DNA of 32,000 nt from a bacterium (lineage in GTDB: Bacteria; UBP7; UBA6624; JBBIMK01), in assembly GCA_037444445.1 (NCBI GenBank), contig JBBIMK010000013.1, positions 22,394 through 54,393 of the forward strand, written 5' to 3'. Position numbers and translations under genes: made by a program. Shown here piece after piece: positions 25,467-32,000 of the stretch. The notes beneath the pieces were generated by a model. The model made no database searches, was not told the origin of the DNA, and saw only the letters and a list, made by a program, of their open reading frames with translations. How positions within the stretch are numbered: the first letter of the stretch is position 1; every line of letters begins with the position of its first letter.

Positions 25467-25900
25467 AACAGCAGGTGGACCTGGAGGTTCTCAAAACCCG
25501 GGCCCTTTCTTTGCGTGAGAGCCTGGAAAAAATGAAAAAGTATGTTGCCCTATCCGACGACGAATTCTGGAGCGAAGAGCGAAATATCCTTAGCGTGAAG
25601 CACTTGCTTTTGCAAGCCATTGAAGACGCGGCTTCCATTTGTTCTCATCTATTAGCTCGGCTGGGCGGGGAATCGCCATCCGGGTATGCGGATTGCTTCC
25701 AGGGTCTGGAGCGGTTGGGCATCCTGCCCCCAGGTTTGACCCCGCGTATGATGACGATGGCGCGATTTCGTAATCTCCTCGTCCACCGGTATTGGGAGGT
25801 GGACGATAGGAGAGTTCTGCAATTCGCGCGTGTGGACGCAGATGACCTCTACGCCTTCTTACGAAGTGTAGGACATTTCCTCCACGCCCAACTTTTATGA
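25463..25900 (+). CDS. hepT: HEPN-domain (DUF86) toxin
   Basis: RFRNLLVHRYWEVD contains the R-x4-H HEPN motif in the DUF86 context. 145 aa. Confidence 0.8.
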   Translation: MKQQVDLEVLKTRALSLRESLEKMKKYVALSDDEFWSEERNILSVKHLLLQAIEDAASICSHLLARLGGESPSGYADCFQGLERLGILPPGLTPRMMTMARFRNLLVHRYWEVDDRRVLQFARVDADDLYAFLRSVGHFLHAQLL

Positions 25901-25904
25901 GACA

Positions 25905-25985
25905 ATGGCGGCAGGAGGTTTGAACAAACCCATTCCATCGCACCCGGAACATAAGGAAATGGCAAAGCGGACACCCTGACCCTGT
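25905..25985 (+). repeat. copy 3 (degenerate) of the TPR-gene 3' end (R3)
   Basis: It translates as MAAGGLNKPIPSHPEHKEMAKRTP*, colinear with VVADLKMAIQLDPVRKEMAKTD of R2. The core 25942-25971 (ACCCGGAACATAAGGAAATGGCAAAGCGGA) is chimeric between the R1 and R2 central patches. It ends at the xerD ATG. Confidence 0.6.
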
Positions 25986-26957
25986 ATGAAGCCCTTCTCG
26001 GATGTGGCGGAGGAGTATGTGGATTTCCTTCTGTCGGAGCGGAACTTATCTAAAAATACTGCCCTCGCTTACCGGAATATCTTCCAGAAGTTCCAATCTT
26101 TTTTAGAGAGCCTGCCACCGAATGAAAAGGTGAAATCCCATCCCGCAAGGCTCATTTCCCTCATTCAGGAGAAAGAAGTGACCGCATTTTTCAGTGAAAT
26201 GGCAAAGCAGGGGCAATCGGTATCCTCAAGAGCGCAAGCCCTTTCCGCCCTCAAGGGGGTATTCAAGTTCGCCCTGCGGGAAGGATATATGGATGAAAAC
26301 CCGGCGGATGAGTTTGAAACCCCTCGCCGATTGAAAACGGTTCCCAGATTCTTGACTTATGAAGAGGTTTGTGCAGTTCTGGAAGCCTGCCATGGAAACT
26401 CTCCCGTGGCTCTTCGCAACCGGGCTTTGCTGGAAATCCTTTACGGCTGTGGCTTGCGAATTTCTGAAGCGGTGGGGCTGAAAATGGAGGATGTGCACCC
26501 GGATGAACTCTTCCTTCTCGTCCGCGGAAAGGGGAGGAAGGAGCGTCTGGTGCCCATGAACCGAACGGCGTTCCACTGGCTAACCCGCTATTTGAAGGAG
26601 GGGCGGGAGGAAATTCTGAAAAATCGCCCCAGCCCTTACATCTTCGTCAGCCAGAAGGGCGGACGCTTGACCCGTCAGATGGCCTTTTTAATCCTGAAAA
26701 AGGCTTTAATCAAGGCTGGGCTTGACCCCAGCCTCTTCTCCCCCCATTCCCTTCGCCACTCCTTTGCCTCTCATCTCTTGATGGGGGGGGCTGACCTCCG
26801 TGCCGTCCAGATGCTATTAGGTCATGCCGACATCTCTACCTCGGAAATTTATACCCATATCCTGCCCAATACTTTGAAGGAAGCCTACCGCAGGTGGCAT
26901 CCGAGGGGCGGGTGGAAATCCCCACCTCCCGATATATCAACCCCACAACGGTCATGA
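25986..26957 (+). CDS. xerD: tyrosine site-specific recombinase, XerC/XerD family
   Basis: LSERNLSKNTALAYRNIFQKF N-terminal SAM-like domain. RALLEILYGCGLRISEAVGL, HSLRHSFASHLL, and LLGHADISTSEIYTH (R..HxxR..Y catalytic set). The stop overlaps the deoB ATG (ATGA). Confidence 0.85.
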   Translation: MKPFSDVAEEYVDFLLSERNLSKNTALAYRNIFQKFQSFLESLPPNEKVKSHPARLISLIQEKEVTAFFSEMAKQGQSVSSRAQALSALKGVFKFALREGYMDENPADEFETPRRLKTVPRFLTYEEVCAVLEACHGNSPVALRNRALLEILYGCGLRISEAVGLKMEDVHPDELFLLVRGKGRKERLVPMNRTAFHWLTRYLKEGREEILKNRPSPYIFVSQKGGRLTRQMAFLILKKALIKAGLDPSLFSPHSLRHSFASHLLMGGADLRAVQMLLGHADISTSEIYTHILPNTLKEAYRRWHPRGGWKSPPPDISTPQRS

Positions 26958-28135
26958 AAGCGGTGGTGATAGTTTTAGACGGCGTGGGCATCGGCGAGGC
27001 TCCTGATGCGGACTCCTATGGCGATGCAGGCTCCAATACCCTTGCCAATACAGCCGTCGCCGTGGGTGGGCTGAACCTGCCCCACCTCCAGGCACTCGGC
27101 CTGGGGAATATCGGCCATATCTTCGGCGTCCCCCCTGCATCCCCTCCCCTATCTTTTTACGGGAAGATGGCTCCTCTAAGCCCCGGTAAGGATACTCTCA
27201 CCGGCCACTGGGAAATGATGGGGGTTATCCGTAAATCTCCTCCCCACACCTATCCCGACGGCTTCCCGCAGGAAATCATTTCTCGCCTCCAGGAAGAAAT
27301 AGGGCTGAACTTCCTGTATGGCAAGCCCGCTTCGGGAACCGAAATCATCAACCTCCTCGGTGTAAAGCATACCGTCACCCGTCAGCCCATCCTTTATACT
27401 TCTGCGGACTCGGTGATGCAGATTGCCGCTCACGAAGAGGTTATCCCCGTTTCCTCACTCTACTCCATCTGTGTGAAAATTCGGGATTTAGCGGAAAAAT
27501 ATGGCTGGGTGGACCGGGTAATTGCCCGACCCTTCACCGGCTATCCCGGCAATTACCAGCGGCTCAATCACCTCCGGAAAGATTTCGTCGCTCTCCCGCC
27601 GGAAGAGAACCTCCTGCACATTCTTTCCTCCAATTCTATCCCAACGGTTGCGGTGGGAATCATTGGCAGTATTTTCGCCGGCGAGGGACTCACCGCCCAC
27701 GAGGATACCCGCTCCAATAACCAGGCGGTAGAGAAATGCCTTCAATGGCTGAAAAAGGATTTTTCTGGCTTCCTGTTTGCCAACCTGGAGGATTTTGATA
27801 TGCTATATGGGCACAGGAACAACCCGCAAGGGCTGGCGAACGCCCTCCAGCAGTTTGATGCCCGAATTCCTGAACTGTTAGAATATATGACCCGGGATGA
27901 CCTTTTGATTTTGACCGCCGACCACGGAAACGACCCCACCACCCCCTCCACCGACCATTCCCGGGAATATGTTCCCCTCCTCGTGTATTCTCCCGGGTCC
28001 GTCGGGAACCGCACCCCTTCCAGCCTCGGTGAACGCAAATCTCTTGCCGACCTCGGTGCCACCCTGTCCGATTTCTTTCAAGTTCCACCCCCACCTGCAG
28101 GTTCCAGTTTTCTTCATCTTTTGAGGGGCAGATGA
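26954..28135 (+). CDS. deoB: phosphopentomutase
   Basis: The start is moved to MKAVVIVLDGVGIGEAPDADSYGDAGSNTL (Met21 of the tracked ORF). Further motifs: GKDTLTGHWEMMG, YTSADSVMQIAAHEE, NLEDFDMLYGHRN, TADHGNDPT, TDHSREYVPLLVY. Confidence 0.92.
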   Translation: MKAVVIVLDGVGIGEAPDADSYGDAGSNTLANTAVAVGGLNLPHLQALGLGNIGHIFGVPPASPPLSFYGKMAPLSPGKDTLTGHWEMMGVIRKSPPHTYPDGFPQEIISRLQEEIGLNFLYGKPASGTEIINLLGVKHTVTRQPILYTSADSVMQIAAHEEVIPVSSLYSICVKIRDLAEKYGWVDRVIARPFTGYPGNYQRLNHLRKDFVALPPEENLLHILSSNSIPTVAVGIIGSIFAGEGLTAHEDTRSNNQAVEKCLQWLKKDFSGFLFANLEDFDMLYGHRNNPQGLANALQQFDARIPELLEYMTRDDLLILTADHGNDPTTPSTDHSREYVPLLVYSPGSVGNRTPSSLGERKSLADLGATLSDFFQVPPPPAGSSFLHLLRGR

Positions 28136-28875
28136 AAGCAACGAAATCCTATCCCACCGCCTCTTCCCTCTTCCACCCGTTTTTCTTGCTGTTTCTCTTC
28201 TACATCTTCCTCGCCGCCCATTTCGTCCTCAACGGAGCAGGTCCTCTGGAAGTCAGGGATAAAAAAGATTTCTTGGAAATAGAAATGCCAGAAGGGGGAA
28301 CCCTGAAACTGGATTCTCTGCATCTGAAGGCAGGCGCCTTGCTCTTGCAGGTTAAAAAAGGTTCTCCTTCCGCCCTTCAAAACCTGCGCTTTTCCAGAGG
28401 TTTCACCCTCACCACTTCAGACTTTTCTATGGAAGGGATAGAAGGAGTTTATGACACGCTTCAATTCCAGATTTCCGGCAAGGCCACTTTTTCCTCCTCG
28501 GGTGTAGAAGGCTCTGCCACGAGTTTCACCTTTTTTCCCGGAGAGAAAAAAATTCAACTGATGGAAGGAGATATAAAAATTTCATCCGTGGAAGGCTCCC
28601 TTTCTTCCCATCAGATGTCCTTATCTTTCACCGATGGGGTGCTTCAGGCAGAGGGAGATGTGATTCTCAATGCGAAGAATTTCCAGTTAAAGTCCCACTC
28701 TCTTCGCCTGATGAATGCGGATAAAGTCCTTTACGCCGAGAATTTCACTTTTACTTTGAATCACACCGCTGTTTTCACTGGCGATTCCCTGAAATACCTC
28801 TGGGCAACCGGCGACATCCTCGTGCATGGACATCTGACAGCCACTTTCTCTTCACCCGAAGCCCCTCCCGGCTAA
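28132..28875 (+). CDS. membrane-anchored beta-rich hypothetical protein (weak OstA/LptA-like impression)
   Basis: ATGA overlap with the deoB stop. N-terminal hydrophobic anchor (LFHPFFLLFLFYIFLAAHFVL), then alternating beta-strand-like repeats (..IQLMEGDIKISS..LQAEGDVILNAKNFQLKSHSLRL..). The functional call is only an impression. Confidence 0.6.
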   Translation: MKATKSYPTASSLFHPFFLLFLFYIFLAAHFVLNGAGPLEVRDKKDFLEIEMPEGGTLKLDSLHLKAGALLLQVKKGSPSALQNLRFSRGFTLTTSDFSMEGIEGVYDTLQFQISGKATFSSSGVEGSATSFTFFPGEKKIQLMEGDIKISSVEGSLSSHQMSLSFTDGVLQAEGDVILNAKNFQLKSHSLRLMNADKVLYAENFTFTLNHTAVFTGDSLKYLWATGDILVHGHLTATFSSPEAPPG

Positions 28876-28901
28876 AAAGATTAATTATTCTGAGTATAAA
28901 T

Positions 28902-28910
28902 TGGTATAAT
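28902..28910 (+). promoter_or_regulatory. candidate extended -10 promoter TGGTATAAT
   Basis: TGgTATAAT lies 17 nt upstream of ATG 28927. Confidence 0.45.
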
Positions 28911-28926
28911 ACAGATGGTGATATAG

Positions 28927-29433
28927 ATGATGCAGAAAAAGGAATGGAAAGATAATCCCTCCACTTTTTATGTGGAGGCTTTTTCCCGGATGAATGATGG
29001 AGACTATGAAAAAGCCATTGAGTTGTTAAATCACGCTCTTGAGATTTATCCCGATTACTGGGATGCCAGGCTTTTGCTGGCAGGAGCGCAGGAAGCCAGG
29101 GGAAGTATTGATGAAGCAGTCTGCACCCTAAAGGAGTCCCTCGCCATCACACGACGGCAGATTATCCAAACCTTGAATAATCTCGCTTACTTCTACACTT
29201 TATTGGGGGAATACCCCAAAGCAGAAAGCCACTATGAGGAAGTGATTCGGATGGATGACCAGAGGGCTGGGGCTTTCTATTATCTCGCCTGCATTAAAGC
29301 CCGTTTGAATAAACTGGAAGAAGCCAAACCCCTTTTGCAGAAAGCGGTTTCTCTGGAGCCCGAATATCTACAGGACATCCTGGATAATCCCGACTTCGCA
29401 CCCCTTCAGGAAGAGTGGAAAAAGAAAGAGTAA
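28927..29433 (+). CDS. TPR-repeat protein
   Basis: Repeated A..YY..G....A...Y..AL...P patterns (GDYEKAIELLNHALEIYPDYWDA; LNNLAYFYTLLGEYPKAESHYEEVIRMD; AFYYLACIKARLNKLEEAKPLLQKAVSLEPEY). The tail NPDFAPLQ resembles the R1-R3 remnants at protein level only. Confidence 0.8.
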   Translation: MMQKKEWKDNPSTFYVEAFSRMNDGDYEKAIELLNHALEIYPDYWDARLLLAGAQEARGSIDEAVCTLKESLAITRRQIIQTLNNLAYFYTLLGEYPKAESHYEEVIRMDDQRAGAFYYLACIKARLNKLEEAKPLLQKAVSLEPEYLQDILDNPDFAPLQEEWKKKE

Positions 29434-29759
29434 AAGGCGCTGTGGAGATTGACCTAAATAAGAGATGGAGTTTACCCGGAGGCTTATGTGGAAGAAAGAT
29501 TCAACGGGCCGGTTTGGCTGATGCAGCCCATACCGTATTTTAATGAGCCGCTGGAACGAAGCCTGCCAGATGCTGGAGAAGATGGACAAGGGCATTCTAC
29601 TTTCCCAGCGATATTTTTACGAATTTGTGTATAAGCCCCGCAGGGATGAACTGACGAAGAAATGGAATGCCCTCGCCTCTCCCGAATAATACTCTCCCCC
29701 GCAACTCCTCTCTGGTGGGTTCGCAAAAATCCATCCGCCACCCGTCGCCTCATCACCTG

Positions 29760-30521
29760 TCATATATATTGCCCGCCGTCTACTTTAATCACTTCGCCCG
29801 TGATGTGGCGAGCCCTTTCACTGCATAAAAAGGTTACCAGATAAGCCACATCTTCCGGCTGTCCCAGGCGGCCGAGGATAATTTCCGACAGGGCTTTCTC
29901 CCGGACGGATTCAGGCGCCTCCCGAACCATATCCGTTTCAATCAGCCCGGGCGCCACGGCATTCACCGTGACAGAGAATTTGCCCATCTCCCGGGCAACC
30001 GACTTGGTGAGGGCAATGACCCCTGCCTTGGCGGCGGAATAGTTCGCCTGCCCAAACTTCCCCCGCAGTGCGTTAATACTCACAATGTTCACAATCCTTC
30101 CCCTCTGCTGTTCCTTGAACAGGGGAGCCACCGCCCGAATATAATTGAAGCACCCTTTTAAGTCCGTGCCTATCACCGCATCCCATTCCTCTTCCGTCAT
30201 CTTCCACACCACCGCATCCCGATTGATGCCCGCATTATTCACTAAAATCTCCAGGTGCCCGAATTCCTGCAATACCTGCTGAACCACCCGCTGGGCTTCC
30301 TGAAAATTGGATACATCCGCCTGAATTGCCATGCTTTTCTTACCTGTGCTTTTCACTTTCTGCAGAACCTCCTCCGCCGCATCCTTCCGGGCAGAGTAGG
30401 TGAATGCCACATCCGCCCCGTTTACCGCCAGGTCCAGAACGATGGCGGCGCCTATCCCGCGGCTACCTCCCGTCACTAACGCCCCTTTCCCATCCAGCAT
30501 CTTCTCCATCTTTTCCTTCAT
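29760..30521 (-). CDS. fabG: 3-oxoacyl-ACP reductase (SDR family)
   Basis: ALVTGGSRGIGAAI cofactor motif, NNAGI, and catalytic YSAAKAG. 253 aa. Confidence 0.85.
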   Translation of the reverse strand: MKEKMEKMLDGKGALVTGGSRGIGAAIVLDLAVNGADVAFTYSARKDAAEEVLQKVKSTGKKSMAIQADVSNFQEAQRVVQQVLQEFGHLEILVNNAGINRDAVVWKMTEEEWDAVIGTDLKGCFNYIRAVAPLFKEQQRGRIVNIVSINALRGKFGQANYSAAKAGVIALTKSVAREMGKFSVTVNAVAPGLIETDMVREAPESVREKALSEIILGRLGQPEDVAYLVTFLCSERARHITGEVIKVDGGQYI

Positions 30522-30550
30522 CCTTTCCTTATAGTAAGTGCTTCCCTCCC

Positions 30551-30567
30551 CCCTGTCAATGACAGGG
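30551..30567. promoter_or_regulatory. 17-bp perfect palindrome upstream of fabG
   Basis: CCCTGTCAaTGACAGGG is centred 38 nt upstream of the fabG ATG (30521). It could be an operator or a 5'-UTR hairpin. Confidence 0.35.
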
Positions 30568-30677
30568 AGACCTTTTCCTTTTAATTCTTTCTACATCAGA
30601 TGGAAAAAGTCAAGAAGATTGCATCACAATACTGGTTAGGCGATGCTTTGACACCGGAAGCAAAAATAAGCCCCGGC

Positions 30678-31096
30678 TCACGGTAATTCTTTAGTCTTGG
30701 GTGAGTAGACAATTTGGGCTGGCTCCGGTCCCAGAACCTGGCGGGTGAGTTTCAATTCCGGCATCGGAACCTTCCCTCGTCTTATAAAATTTGCCATACT
30801 GGCGAGACCGAGGATAGCACTCGTTGCCATAATTTCATGCCCCTCCATCACAACTTTCTCCAACAAGGGACACTGGACTCGCAGTGTTTCCCAGTTCGCT
30901 CAGAAAAACTTGAACCAATCAGCAGTATCCTCAGGTGGGGCATCCCGGGAAATGTCGCCAATGTGAATCTGTGTGCGGGAATCAGCGAATTGCGGGCAAA
31001 GGGGTTCCCCAATACCTTGCGAACATCCTCCCCGTCAGTGGGGAATTTTCCTGTCAGGTTAGCGTAACTCTGGAGCATGGCTTTCGCCCTCTGCAC
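30678..31096 (-). pseudogene. possible frameshifted gene (two overlapping minus-strand ORFs), family not recognised
   Basis: ORFs 30848..31096 (GTG start) and 30678..30866 overlap by 19 nt in different frames. Neither has a convincing SD. Both have ordinary protein-like composition. Confidence 0.3.
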
Positions 31097-31286
31097 TTTT
31101 GGGGTCAGATTCTAAAACTTCAGCTATTGCTTTCCTGTATAATGGAGGATGGCAGAAGCGGGATGAAAAAGTACAAAGAGAAAGGACTTGAAAGAAGAGA
31201 GAAAAACTGACCCCCCCTCAATTGCACAAACATTATCTTCTTACGAAGAAAGTGTGAAGGCACACCTCTCAGTGGTGGTACAAAGG

Positions 31287-31865
31287 TTAACCCTCGCTCT
31301 GCGTAGGAGCGAATATTACCTGTCGCTCGAAATAGATAAATAGGGAAACACCAACCGTTGTAAGCACAATGCCAATGACCTGCAGTGGAAAAATCCATTG
31401 CAAAGGGAGTAGAGTATTTTCTGGAACACTGGAATAAATGAACTCTTGAGTAGAGCGGATGCCGTTGGTTAGCAAAAATAGAAGGAGAAAAACCATCGGG
31501 GATTTCCTGAGTAGCGCAGGGAAACATAGAACCTGCCAGATGAACAAAACTCCGTAGAGGGCGGCGAGGACGATGGACATCGGACTTAGAGGGAAGGAGT
31601 AAAAGGTGGCAGATAGGGCAGTAAGGGGTGCAACGAGGCAGGCAATTACAAGGAATGGTCGAAGCAACAAAAGAAAAGGTAAGAAGCGTTGAATAATGCG
31701 GGGAAGGAACAGAATTGCGAGGAAGGGCAAGAAAAAATCGAGGACTCCACTCCAAGGGTCACCGAGTTCATAGATGAAGAGACGCAGGAAGAAAAGAGGA
31801 TAGAGAAGAAGAAAAAATGCCAGAAGTACCCAGAGGAGAGGCTGACTATGAAGAAATTTACCCAA
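31287..31865 (-). CDS. polytopic membrane protein, unknown function
   Basis: 192 aa with 5-6 long hydrophobic segments (LLWVLLAFFLLLYPLFFLRLFI, VLDFFLPFLAILFLP, FLPFLLLLRPFLVIACLVAPL ...). TTG start with a distant SD-like AGAGGAAG. I preferred it over the overlapping Cys/Pro/Arg-rich ORF 31120..31755. Confidence 0.55.
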   Translation of the reverse strand: MGKFLHSQPLLWVLLAFFLLLYPLFFLRLFIYELGDPWSGVLDFFLPFLAILFLPRIIQRFLPFLLLLRPFLVIACLVAPLTALSATFYSFPLSPMSIVLAALYGVLFIWQVLCFPALLRKSPMVFLLLFLLTNGIRSTQEFIYSSVPENTLLPLQWIFPLQVIGIVLTTVGVSLFIYFERQVIFAPTQSEG

Positions 31866-32000
31866 TTTTGCAACACACTTCCTCTAAGGTAGTTTTTTAG
31901 CGAATTTTTTTTGGGGGAACTGTTACCAGTTCTCCCGGCCCAGGGGGGCCTATGGATACAGGATTGGGATAGATGTATTGTTTAAGGATACGCCCCCCTT

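Noticed and set aside
25986-26957. Recombinase as an integron/ICE/phage integrase that would define a mobile element
   Set aside because: The sequence reads as an ordinary XerD. It is translationally coupled (ATGA) to the housekeeping gene deoB, a synteny I recall from Bacillus-type genomes. It is co-directional with the cassettes rather than divergent like intI. I saw no attC-like or dif-like sites. It is kept only as context for the hotspot finding.
31142-31210. 22-codon Lys/Glu/Arg-rich sORF (MEDGRSGMKKYKEKGLERREKN) whose ATG overlaps a TATAAT, bracketed by the 8-bp inverted repeat GGGGTCAG/CTGACCCC (31101-31108 / 31207-31214)
   Set aside because: There is no support beyond an open frame. 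The low-complexity purine-rich sequence easily yields such ORFs by chance, and the inverted repeat is short.
31120-31755. 211-aa ORF overlapping the membrane-protein gene in another frame
   Set aside because: Its Cys/Pro/Ser/Arg-rich text does not look protein-like. The alternative frame (31287..31865) gives regular transmembrane segments.
31905-31936. T8 run followed by hairpin GGGGAACTG-ttac-CAGTTCTCCC as an intrinsic terminator
   Set aside because: The orientation is wrong in both directions. The T-run precedes the stem on the plus strand and becomes an A-run after the stem on the minus strand. It also lies upstream of the minus-strand membrane-protein gene, not downstream of any gene.
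1-32000. Search by eye for tRNA, rRNA, RNase P/SRP/tmRNA signatures, CRISPR repeats, IS terminal repeats, transposases, and reverse transcriptase/DGR repeats
   Set aside because: None were recognised. Absence is based on visual scanning only and should be confirmed with tRNAscan-SE, Infernal/Rfam, a CRISPR finder and ISfinder searches.

Overview
This is a bacterial chromosomal segment with dense coding on both strands. It has strong AAGGAGG-type ribosome-binding sites, several ATGA start/stop overlaps, and a recurring extended -10 element (TGnTAnnnT) in front of most transcription units.

Housekeeping genes I recognise:
- rpsA-like (partial), coaE, secA, aroC, tatC and gyrA
- an orphan 2-oxoacid dehydrogenase E2
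- a YhaM-like OB/HD nuclease
- a class I aminotransferase
- xerD-deoB
- fabG

Non-routine content:
1. A convergent pair of lipoproteins at 6.9-11 kb. One is BACON-like plus a Cys-pair repeat domain. The other is a PKD/Fn3 array ending in a thioredoxin-fold domain with an odd WCYWC site.
2. A five-gene hdrA-mvhD-FeS-FeS-flavoprotein operon at 11.1-16.3 kb. It resembles Flx/Hdr modules but lacks HdrBC, and the HdrA-like subunit has lost most of its cluster-binding cysteines.
3. A GC-rich secreted-protein reading frame at 17.3-18.9 kb, interrupted only by an in-frame TAG.
4. A small accessory hotspot at 23.6-26.0 kb. HicBA and MNT-HEPN toxin-antitoxin cassettes and a gene fragment are separated by three decayed copies of the same TPR-gene 3' end, directly upstream of xerD.

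I could not find any rRNA, tRNA, CRISPR array or transposase. All family assignments come from reading motifs by eye, with no searches run.
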